From NCBI GenBank assembly GCA_040905465.1, contig JBBDRK010000019.1:3028-51604 (forward strand): a stretch of DNA of 48,577 nt. Reading direction: 5' to 3'. The notes below the pieces were generated by a model. That model made no database searches. It was not told the origin of the DNA and worked only from the letters and a program-made list of their open reading frames with translations. This DNA is from Trueperaceae bacterium. GTDB taxonomy: Bacteria; Deinococcota; Deinococci; Deinococcales; Trueperaceae. This document shows, in pieces, positions 9,525-17,569 of this stretch; position 1 is the stretch's first letter; each line of letters opens with the position of its first letter. Made by a program: the position numbers and the translations under genes.

Positions 9525-10435
9525 GCGCAGCCGGGCCGGCCACCGTTCGCGACGCCCTGTCGTCGGGCGAAGGACTCTTCCACCCGCGGCGGCTGCTGCG
9601 ATTCCTGCTCAACGACGCCTCCGGCATGGTGGGCCTTAGCCTGGTTCTGCTGGTCGCCATCTGCGCGGTGTTCGCGCCCTACATCGCCCCTTACGGCCCT
9701 AACGAAGGCGCGTTGCTGGAAGCAAGACTGCCGCCCGCCTGGCAGGAGGGTGGTTCCACGGCTCACCTGATAGGTACCGATCAACTGGGCCAGGACCTGT
9801 TCAGCCGCATGATCTACGGCTCGCGCGTCTCACTGCTGGTAGGTGTTCTGGGCGCGCTGATGGCAGTGGCGATCGGAGTCACGCTGGGTTTGCTGGCCGG
9901 CTTCTACGGCGGCTGGACAGACACGGTCGTCACCTCTTTCACCAACCTGCTGCTGTCGATCCCCTACCTGGTGCTGGTAATCGTCATCGCCACCATCCTC
10001 GGCCGCAGCCTGACCAACGTGATCCTGCTGTTCGGAGTGACCAGCAGCCCGGTGTTCATCCGAGTGACCCGTGGCGAGGTCCTGCGCATCCGCCGGCTGG
10101 CCTACGTCGAAGCGGCGCTTGGTCTGGGCGCCGGCGCCGGCCGCATCATCCCCCGACACATCCTTCCCAACATCATCGGCCCGCTGGCGACGCTGGCCAC
10201 CTTCGAAATGTCGGCGATGATCTTCTACGAGTCCGGCTTGGGATTCCTGGGCCTGAGCGTTCCTCCGGACGTGCCGAGCTGGGGTAACATGCTGGCCCTC
10301 GGCCGGCGCTTCCTGACCATCTACCCGTGGATGGCTATCTATCCCGGGATCGCCATCGCCATAACCACCCTCGGCATCAACCTGCTGGGCGACTGGTTGC
10401 GCGACACCATCGACCCGCGAGCCGAGGAACGGTAA
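9521..10435 (+). CDS. ABC permease, DppC/OppC type
   Basis: GTGA overlap with the previous stop. HLIGTDQLGQDLFSRMIYGSRVSL, YVEAA, LGFLGL, PSWG. Confidence 0.92.
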   Translation: MSAAGPATVRDALSSGEGLFHPRRLLRFLLNDASGMVGLSLVLLVAICAVFAPYIAPYGPNEGALLEARLPPAWQEGGSTAHLIGTDQLGQDLFSRMIYGSRVSLLVGVLGALMAVAIGVTLGLLAGFYGGWTDTVVTSFTNLLLSIPYLVLVIVIATILGRSLTNVILLFGVTSSPVFIRVTRGEVLRIRRLAYVEAALGLGAGAGRIIPRHILPNIIGPLATLATFEMSAMIFYESGLGFLGLSVPPDVPSWGNMLALGRRFLTIYPWMAIYPGIAIAITTLGINLLGDWLRDTIDPRAEER

Positions 10436-10533
10436 TGACCGCGGCCGACGACTGCTCCGTGGCTAACCACGATGCCGGCGATGCTGCCGGGCTCGAGGTA
10501 GGCGATAAGGTCGATGACGACGGAGGGCTGGCG

Positions 10534-11199
10534 ATGATCGAGCGGTTCGAAGCGATCTTCCTGGACATGGACGGGACCCTGGTCGACACAGAGGAGCTCT
10601 GGTTCAACGCCGAGCGCCAGGTGGCGGCGCGCTTCGGCGCCGCCGTTCCGCCCGAAGCCGCGACGGAACTGCACGGGCTCGATACCGAAGACCTGGTGCG
10701 GAGGCTCTGCCAACGCTACAGTCTGGCCACCGACCCGGAGACCTTCGTGTCGGAGTTGCTGGCCGAGGTACTCACCCGTCTTCCGACCGCCAGTGCTCGA
10801 GACGGCGCCGCCTCGCTGGTAGAGAGGCTGGCCGCCGCTGCGTCGCCGCGGGCCATCGTCTCGAACTCCCCCTGCCGGATGGTCTCAGCCACCCTTACGC
10901 CCCACACCTGGGCGGGCCTGCTGCCGCGGCGATTCTCGGTCGACGAAGTGACCGACGGCAAGCCGCAGCCGGACCTCTACCTGCACGCCGCCCGGGCCCT
11001 GGCGACTCCTCCGCAGCGATGCCTGGCGTTAGAGGACAGTCCGACAGGCGCACTGGCGGCCGTTCGAGCCGGCATGACCTGCATCGCCGTCACATTCGAA
11101 CAGAGACCGCCGGAGGCGTTCCATGAACTGACGGGGCACGTCGTCCCATCGCTGGAGGCGGCCGAGCGGCTGCTGTTCGGAAGGAGCAGATATCCATGA
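10534..11199 (+). CDS. HAD-superfamily phosphatase
   Basis: Motif I DMDGTL, motif II VSNS, KPQPD, EDSPTG. SD GGAGG before ATG 10534. An alternative coupled ATG is at 10435. Confidence 0.9.
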   Translation: MIERFEAIFLDMDGTLVDTEELWFNAERQVAARFGAAVPPEAATELHGLDTEDLVRRLCQRYSLATDPETFVSELLAEVLTRLPTASARDGAASLVERLAAAASPRAIVSNSPCRMVSATLTPHTWAGLLPRRFSVDEVTDGKPQPDLYLHAARALATPPQRCLALEDSPTGALAAVRAGMTCIAVTFEQRPPEAFHELTGHVVPSLEAAERLLFGRSRYP

Positions 11200-12710
11200 T
11201 CGAATCAGCGCCCGCAGCACCCCGCTTGCCCAAACCCGGCCTGCTCATTGGCGGCGAGCACCGCGGCGGCGCTCGCGGCGAGACCCGGAGTACCGTCAAC
11301 CCTGCGACCGGCGAGGCGATCCTGGAGCTCCCGGAAGCGACTGGTGAAGACGTGCAGAAGGCAGTCTCCGCAGCGCGCCGCGCCTTCGACACCGGGCCGT
11401 GGCCGCGGCTCGGAGCACGCGAGCGCAGCCGGCTGCTCAACGGCGTCGCCGACCTGATCGAACGCGACCAGGAGGAACTCGCCTGGTTGGAAACTCTCGA
11501 CACCGGCAAGACGCTGGTCGAGAGTCGCGACGACATGGCGCAGATCGCCTGGGTCTTTCGTTACTACGCCGCCCTCATCCTCAGCCAGACCGGAAGCGTC
11601 AACGCCGTGCCCGCCGACGCCCTGAGCCTCACGCTGCACGAGCCGCTGGGCGTGGTCGCCATGGTCACACCCTGGAACTACCCGTTGCTGCAGGCCTCCT
11701 GGAAGATCGCACCTGCGCTGGCCGCCGGCTGCACGTTCGTGATCAAACCGAGCGAACTGACGCCGCTCACCACCCTCAGGCTAGGTGAGCTGCTCGGCGA
11801 AGCGGGCACGCCACCGGGAGTGGTCAACGTGGTGCTGGGCGCGGGCGAGACGGTAGGCAAGGCGTTGGTCGAAAGCCCGCAAATAGACATGATCTCGTTC
11901 ACCGGCGGCATCGCCACCGGCCGGACGATCGGACAGGCCGCGGCCGCCGGGGCCAAGCGGGTGGCGCTCGAACTGGGCGGCAAGAACCCCAACATCGTCT
12001 TCGCCGACGCCGACTTCGACGCGGCGGCGGACCACGCCCTCAACGCAGTGTTCTTCCATGCCGGCCAGATCTGTTCCGCCGGTTCGAGGTTGCTGGTCGA
12101 GTCGTCGCTTCACGACCGTCTGGTCGAGGCAGTCCTGGAGCGGGCGCGCGACATCCGCCTCGGCTTCGGCTGGGAGGAGGCGACCGAGATGGGCCCACTC
12201 ATCTCGGCGGAGCACCGCGACAAGGTGGAGAGCTACGTACGACTGGCACAGGAGGAGGGTGCGTCGCTGAAGCTGGGCGGCGACCGTGCGGGCGATCCGC
12301 GCCTTGCCAACGGTTTCTTCCTCGAACCGACCGTGCTGACCGGTCTGCCATCGAGCGGGCGCGTGGCGCACGAGGAGATCTTCGGGCCGGTCCTCACGGT
12401 CGAGCGCTTCGCCGATGCCGACGAGGCGCTAGCCAAGGCGAACGACACCCCTACCGGCCTGGCCGCCGCCGTCTGGACCCGCGACACGCCCAAGGGTGTG
12501 CACTTGGCCCAGAAGCTGCGCTTCGGCACGGTCTGGTTGAACGACTTCCACCCCTACTACCCTGAGGCCTCCTGGGGCGGCTACAAGGAGAGTGGTGTGG
12601 GACGCGAGCTGGGACCGACTGGCCTGCGCGAGTACCAGGAGGAGAAACACCTGTACCTGAATCTCGATGTGAAGCCGGCCGGCTGGTTCGGACGCGGCGG
12701 CTCGCGTTGA
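11196..12710 (+). CDS. betB: Betaine aldehyde dehydrogenase (GbsA/BetB type)
   Basis: ALDH motifs PWNYP, FTGG, ELGGK, EEIFGP. ALNAVFFHAGQICSAGSR closely resembles Firmicute GbsA/BetB. Adjacent to choline oxidase. Confidence 0.85.
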   Translation: MIESAPAAPRLPKPGLLIGGEHRGGARGETRSTVNPATGEAILELPEATGEDVQKAVSAARRAFDTGPWPRLGARERSRLLNGVADLIERDQEELAWLETLDTGKTLVESRDDMAQIAWVFRYYAALILSQTGSVNAVPADALSLTLHEPLGVVAMVTPWNYPLLQASWKIAPALAAGCTFVIKPSELTPLTTLRLGELLGEAGTPPGVVNVVLGAGETVGKALVESPQIDMISFTGGIATGRTIGQAAAAGAKRVALELGGKNPNIVFADADFDAAADHALNAVFFHAGQICSAGSRLLVESSLHDRLVEAVLERARDIRLGFGWEEATEMGPLISAEHRDKVESYVRLAQEEGASLKLGGDRAGDPRLANGFFLEPTVLTGLPSSGRVAHEEIFGPVLTVERFADADEALAKANDTPTGLAAAVWTRDTPKGVHLAQKLRFGTVWLNDFHPYYPEASWGGYKESGVGRELGPTGLREYQEEKHLYLNLDVKPAGWFGRGGSR

Positions 12711-14332
12711 GCCGCCCATCGAGCGACAGGTCGACCCACCGGTCGAGTGACAGGTCGAGCGACAAGTCGAGCCACAGCCTGCAGGCGACCCTCGGTCGTG
12801 GGCGTTCTGCCGGACGCGGTGGGCGTGACGCCGCCGACAGGAAAGCCGGCACGTTCGACTACCTGGTGGTGGGCGGCGGCACCTCCGGGGCGGTAGTGGC
12901 CCGGAGGCTGGCCGAGGATCCCGGAGTCACCGTGGCACTGTTGGAAGCGGGTCCGAGCGACGAAGGAATCGACAAGGTGATGTCGCTTCGCCGCTGGCAG
13001 GAGCTGCTGGGCGACCCCGACTACGGCTGCGACTTCCGGATCGAGCCGCAACTGCGAGGCAACGGCGACATACTGCACTGCCGTGGAGTGATGCTGGGAG
13101 GTTGCAGCTCGCACAACTCCTGCATCGCCTTTCAGCCCCCCGCATCCGATTTCGAGAAATGGACCGAACTGGGCGCCCTGGGCTGGGGGCCGGACGACGT
13201 GGAGCCCTATTTCCAGCGGGTCCGCTCCTGCGTATCGCTGGAGCGGACCGACAGCGGCAACGAGGTCGTGCAGGCGTTCATCGCTGCCGGCCGGGAACAC
13301 GGCTTCCGGGAGCGCGACTTCACCTGCGACGTGGATGAGGGCGTTGGCTGGTTCCTGCTCAACAAACGGGGCGACCAGCGCTGCTCCAGCTCGGTGGCCT
13401 ACCTCCATCCGCTCGCAGGCCTTCCCGGCAACCTCACGGTCAGGACGAACGTACAGGTCGCACGGATTCTGCTCGAGAACGGCCGCGCGGTGGGCGTGGA
13501 CACCGCAGGCGGAGCGATCCGGGCCGAGCGAGAGGTGATCGTCTGCGCCGGGGCGTTCGGCAGTCCGACGCTCCTGCAGCGCTCCGGAGTCGGGCCCGCC
13601 GAACTGCTCCGCGGCGCCGGCGTCCCGGTCGTGGTCGACCTGCCATCGGTCGGCGAACACCTGCAGGATCACCCCGAGGGCGTGGTGGTGTTCGAAGCGA
13701 ACCGACCGGTGCCCGAGACGACCCACAACTACTACGAAGCCGGGCTGTTCGCCCGGGTAGACGAAGACGCGGCCTGGCCGGACCTGATGTTCCACTTCGG
13801 CAGCGAGGCGTTCGACATGCACACGGCACCGCGAGGCTACCCTACCGCCGACCATGCGTTCTCGCTGACTCCGAACGTGACGCGTGCGAAAAGCGAAGGG
13901 TTCGTGCGCCTGCGCTCCGCCGACCCGGGAGACCCGCCGATCATCGACTTCCGCTACTTCACCGATCCGCAGGGGTACGACGAACGGCTGATGGTCGAGG
14001 GAGTGCGGTTGGCGCGGGAACTCGCCCGGGAGCCCTCGTTGGCCGCCTGGACGAAGCGCGAGCTGGCGCCTGGCACCGAAGTTACCTCGTTCGACGCCAT
14101 CAGCGAATTCGTCAGGACCACCGCCAACACCGTCTACCATCCCGGCTGCAGTTGCCGGATGGGCGCGGACCACGACGCGCAGGCGGTCGTGGCTCCCGAC
14201 CTGAGGGTCCGGGGAGTCGAAGGTCTGCGGGTAGCGGACGCGTCGGTCTTCCCGATTATGGTCAGCACCAATCCGGCGCTCACCTGCATGATGATCGGCG
14301 AGAAGGCCGCGGCGCTGATTCACGACAACTGA
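12707..14332 (+). CDS. Choline oxidase (GMC oxidoreductase, Arthrobacter CodA type)
   Basis: VVGGGTSG, GGCSSHNSCIAF (flavinylated-His motif), QDHPEG, GYPT...FSLTPNVT, RYFTDP, NTVYHP and NPALT all resemble Arthrobacter choline oxidase as recalled. Confidence 0.85.
   Translation: MSRPSSDRSTHRSSDRSSDKSSHSLQATLGRGRSAGRGGRDAADRKAGTFDYLVVGGGTSGAVVARRLAEDPGVTVALLEAGPSDEGIDKVMSLRRWQELLGDPDYGCDFRIEPQLRGNGDILHCRGVMLGGCSSHNSCIAFQPPASDFEKWTELGALGWGPDDVEPYFQRVRSCVSLERTDSGNEVVQAFIAAGREHGFRERDFTCDVDEGVGWFLLNKRGDQRCSSSVAYLHPLAGLPGNLTVRTNVQVARILLENGRAVGVDTAGGAIRAEREVIVCAGAFGSPTLLQRSGVGPAELLRGAGVPVVVDLPSVGEHLQDHPEGVVVFEANRPVPETTHNYYEAGLFARVDEDAAWPDLMFHFGSEAFDMHTAPRGYPTADHAFSLTPNVTRAKSEGFVRLRSADPGDPPIIDFRYFTDPQGYDERLMVEGVRLARELAREPSLAAWTKRELAPGTEVTSFDAISEFVRTTANTVYHPGCSCRMGADHDAQAVVAPDLRVRGVEGLRVADASVFPIMVSTNPALTCMMIGEKAAALIHDN
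12719..12778 (+). repeat. 5 x 12-bp degenerate tandem repeat (TCGAGCGACAGG)
   Basis: Directly visible. Encodes the SSDR/STHR/SSDR/SSDK/SSHS N-terminal extension. Confidence 0.9.
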
Positions 14333-14404
14333 CACCGGGTCACGATTGCAACCCCACCCGCCTGGCGAGGCGAGTGCTACCAAGGGCTGACGACGAGCCT
14401 GACG

Positions 14405-15175
14405 TCAGAACCTGGGCAACAGGGCCGAGAGGCTTCCTTCCACGTCGGATATGAGTTCGACTTCCGTTCCGTATACACGTTGAAGCAGTTCCGCCGATAG
14501 TACCGCGGATGGGTTGCCCTCCGCCTCGACCCTGCCCTGCGAGAGTACGACGACGCGGTCGCAACCACGAACCGCCAGGTTGAGATCGTGTAGCACGACC
14601 AGGACGCCCAGCCCGGCACTGGCCTGCTTTCTCACCTGACGCAGGATCTCCACCTGGAAGCGCAGGTCGAGATGGGTGGTCGGCTCGTCGAGCAGCAGGT
14701 AACTCGGGTCCTGAGCCAGCGCTCGAGCGAGCACCACTCGCTGACGCTCGCCGCCGGAGAGTTCACCGACAGGTCGGTCGCGCAGTCGCCAGGTGTCGGT
14801 TCGGAGCATCGCTTCCTGGGCCACTTCGAAGTCTCGAGTCGTCTCGCCGGCCAGGAAGCGAAGGTGAGGCGCCCGCCCCATCATCACTATCTCCAGCGCC
14901 CGGAACGCCCCCGGGAGCTCGCCTCCCTGCGGCACCACGGCCACCTTGCGCGCCAGTTCGGTGCGGGACAGTTCGCGAAGGGGAACGCCGTCGACCGAGC
15001 TCTCCCCGCTCCAGGCGCTGACGACTCGGCTCAACAGCCTGACCACGGTCGACTTGCCGGCTCCGTTGGGACCAACCAGTGCCAGACACTCACCGGGCCT
15101 GACGTCCAGGCTGAGCTCCTGCACGATTGCCATCGATCCGTACCCGTAGCTGAGCCGCCGCGCGCTCAGACTCAT
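14405..15175 (-). CDS. btuD: Cobalamin/siderophore-type ABC transporter ATP-binding protein
   Basis: GPNGAGKST, LSGGERQRV, LLLDEPT, VLHDLN. ATGA overlap with the permease. Operon lies under a B12 riboswitch. Confidence 0.85.
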   Translation of the reverse strand: MSLSARRLSYGYGSMAIVQELSLDVRPGECLALVGPNGAGKSTVVRLLSRVVSAWSGESSVDGVPLRELSRTELARKVAVVPQGGELPGAFRALEIVMMGRAPHLRFLAGETTRDFEVAQEAMLRTDTWRLRDRPVGELSGGERQRVVLARALAQDPSYLLLDEPTTHLDLRFQVEILRQVRKQASAGLGVLVVLHDLNLAVRGCDRVVVLSQGRVEAEGNPSAVLSAELLQRVYGTEVELISDVEGSLSALLPRF

Positions 15176-16269
15176 ATCAGCGTCCGTTGGCGGCGAAGAA
15201 GCCACAAGAAGAATGGACCGCCCGCCAGAGCGGTTACCACCCCGATCGGTATCTCGGCTGGCGCGATCACCGTTCGCGCGAGCAGGTCGGCCAGCACCAT
15301 GAACGTCGCCCCCAACAGCAGCGCCAGGGGCGTCACCATTCTGTGGTCGGGTCCCACCGCCAGCCGCACGGCATGCGGCACCAGCAGACCCACGAAGCCG
15401 ATGATCCCCGAGACGCTCACCGCGGCAGCGGTCGCCAGAGTCGCCAGCACTATCAGCAGCAGCTTGGTCTTCTCGACCGGCAGCCCCAGCTGTGCCGCCT
15501 GCTCATCTCCGAGTTGAAGCAGGTTCAGGGCTCGACCGGACACCATGATCGCAATGCAGGCCAGTACCAGGAACGGCAGGACGGTAACTATCTCCCCCCA
15601 GCCGGCGAGCCCGAAGCTGCCCAGCAGCCGGGCCAGCACGCCGGCGGCCCGGTCGCGCGAGGCGAGCATCAGGAAGGAGGTCGCGGCGGTGAAGGTCGAG
15701 CCGATGACCACGCCGGCCAGGATCAGCGAAAGTACCGGGACGCGGCTCCCCTGCCTAGCGAACGCCACCACCAGGCCGACCGCGATCAGGGCGAACAGGA
15801 AACTCATGGCCGGCACGCCGAAGCCGCCGATCCAGGCAACTGCGCCGCCGAATACGAGCGCCACGGCGGCGCCCAGCGATGCTCCGCTGGCGACCCCCAA
15901 CAGGTACGGGTCGGCCAGCGGATTGCGGAAGATCCCCTGATAGGCCACGCCGGCGAGGGCGAGTGAACCGCCTACCAGCGCGGCGAGCAGCACCCTGGGA
16001 AAGCGAATGCGCCAAACGATGACATCGGTGACGCCGTCGACCTGGCCGGTCGCGCCGTGCCACAGCGCCTTCACCACATCGCCCGGAACCACCGCTACCG
16101 CACCGACCGAAGTGGCGACCAGCGCAGACGCCAGCAGCAGCAGCCCGGCGAGCCCGAGCGGCGTCCAGCGGTGCCGCCGGCTCATCCCAGGTTGAACGGG
16201 CACCGCCCTATGCTGCACCGTCCTATGCTGCACAGTCCTATGCTGCACCGTCCTATTCTGCACAGTCAC
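15172..16269 (-). CDS. btuC: FecCD/BtuC-family permease
   Basis: IRFPRV, FRNPLADPYLLGVASGA, GIIGFVGLLVPH, EIPIG. Start uncertain (about 16185-16290). Confidence 0.85.
   Translation of the reverse strand: MTVQNRTVQHRTVQHRTVQHRAVPVQPGMSRRHRWTPLGLAGLLLLASALVATSVGAVAVVPGDVVKALWHGATGQVDGVTDVIVWRIRFPRVLLAALVGGSLALAGVAYQGIFRNPLADPYLLGVASGASLGAAVALVFGGAVAWIGGFGVPAMSFLFALIAVGLVVAFARQGSRVPVLSLILAGVVIGSTFTAATSFLMLASRDRAAGVLARLLGSFGLAGWGEIVTVLPFLVLACIAIMVSGRALNLLQLGDEQAAQLGLPVEKTKLLLIVLATLATAAAVSVSGIIGFVGLLVPHAVRLAVGPDHRMVTPLALLLGATFMVLADLLARTVIAPAEIPIGVVTALAGGPFFLWLLRRQRTLI
16208..16267 (-). repeat. 4 x 15-bp tandem repeat (CTATGCTGCACCGTC / CTATGCTGCACAGTC)
   Basis: Directly visible. Encodes TVQNR-TVQHR-TVQHR-TVQHR if translated. 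Confidence 0.9.
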
Positions 16270-16312
16270 GCCGCTCCCCCCAGATACCGGTACTAGCCAT
16301 CGGTCCCGACCA

Positions 16313-17209
16313 TCAGAAACTGCCGGGGTGGAAGATGCCGGCAAGGATCAGCACCGCCTCCCCCATCCGTGGACCGGGCCGGCTCAATGCATCCGCCTGC
16401 TCGCCGCTCAGCTCGGCGACGCGCCCGTCCGCTACCGCCGCGATCTCGTTCCAGCCGGGTCGAGCGGCGACGGTAAGGGCCGTCTCGCCGAAAGGTGCAT
16501 CGGCCAGAACGATCACCTCGGGATCGGACGCCACGATGTACTCGGGATCGACCTGGGGGAACTCTCCCATGTCCTCGGTCACTATGTTTCTCCCGCCCGC
16601 CTTGGCGATCAGGACGCCGATGAACGATGCAGGACCGACGCTGTAAGGCGTGGCATCGAGCTCGTAGAAGACCGTGGGCTCGGGAAGGTCTGCCACCACG
16701 GCGGCAACCGCCTCGATCTGTCCGCGGACCCGGCCGGAGAGCACCGCCGCTTCCGTCTCGCGGTCCAGCAGCGTTCCCAACAGCGCGAAGTTTTCGAAGA
16801 CCTCATCGTAGGTCTGGCCGGTGCCGGCGAAGACCGTCAAGCCCACCGCCTCGAGCTGGGAAGCTATTCCGCTGTCTTCGTCCACCAGCACCAGGTCCGG
16901 CTGCAGTGCGACGATCTCTTCGACATTGGGTGAGAAGCCGCTGCCGAGCTTGGGCAGCTCAACGACCTGCTCCGGGAAGTTGCTGAACTGGTCGACCCCT
17001 ACCAGCAGGTCGCAGGCCCTGAGAGCGCAGACCGCTTCGGTAAGGCTGGGAATCATGGCGACGATCCGTTGCGGCGGCCGCTCGAGCACGACTCGGCGGC
17101 CGAGCTCGTCGGTCACGGTAAGCGGGTAGGAAACCGCCGCGGCCGAAGCGAACAGCAACATCAGGAGCAACGTCGAGATCAGCGCGATCGTGCGAATGGG
17201 GTCCTTCAC
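16313..17209 (-). CDS. btuF: Cobalamin-binding periplasmic protein
   Basis: SD GAGGAGG, GTG 17209, signal peptide. YPLTVTD..GR, PQRIVAMIPSLTE, SRPGPR. Downstream of a B12 riboswitch. Confidence 0.88.
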   Translation of the reverse strand: MKDPIRTIALISTLLLMLLFASAAAVSYPLTVTDELGRRVVLERPPQRIVAMIPSLTEAVCALRACDLLVGVDQFSNFPEQVVELPKLGSGFSPNVEEIVALQPDLVLVDEDSGIASQLEAVGLTVFAGTGQTYDEVFENFALLGTLLDRETEAAVLSGRVRGQIEAVAAVVADLPEPTVFYELDATPYSVGPASFIGVLIAKAGGRNIVTEDMGEFPQVDPEYIVASDPEVIVLADAPFGETALTVAARPGWNEIAAVADGRVAELSGEQADALSRPGPRMGEAVLILAGIFHPGSF

Positions 17210-17304
17210 GAGATGCCTCCTCGGGCTCTTGCGAGGACCACATGGAAGATCCATCCGACCGGAAGGGCCAGGATGGACGCCAATGTGCCGCCGATGGCGG
17301 TTTC

Positions 17305-17434
17305 ACTTTGGCTGCCCTTCCTCGTCCTCGCAAGGGGTGCAGTGCTTCCTGGGCGTGGTATTCGGGCTCACCCCGGAGGGCATACCGTTGCGGGACAGCG
17401 CCGGGTTCTCACCGGACTTCCCCACGCTTCGGAC
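17305..17434 (-). promoter_or_regulatory. Cobalamin riboswitch (short, class II-like)
   Basis: Minus strand reads GGGGAAGTCCGGTGAGAACCCGGCGCTGTCCCGCAACGGTA...GAGCCCGAATACC (B12 core), followed by a CCCCTTGCGAGGACGAGGAAGGG P13-like element. Lies upstream of btuFCD. Confidence 0.9.
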
Positions 17435-17440
17435 AGGGTC

Positions 17441-17469
17441 AGCTTACGGTCGGCGACGGCGGTTGTCAA
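17441..17469 (-). promoter_or_regulatory. Sigma70-type promoter of the riboswitch-btuFCD transcript
   Basis: TTGACA (17469-17464), 17 nt, TAAGCT (17446-17441) on the minus strand. Confidence 0.8.
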
Positions 17470-17511
17470 CGGCGGTGTCAACGGCGGTTGTCAGCGGCGG
17501 TTGTCAGCGGC
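17457..17511. repeat. 4 x ~13-bp tandem repeat (CGGCGGTTGTCAR)
   Basis: Directly visible, intergenic. Each unit carries TTGACA or CTGACA on the minus strand. Confidence 0.9.
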
Positions 17512-17569
17512 GACCGACGACACGCCACGGGCAACCCCGGCGCCACCGGAGCCATGCTAGGCTGCCGCG

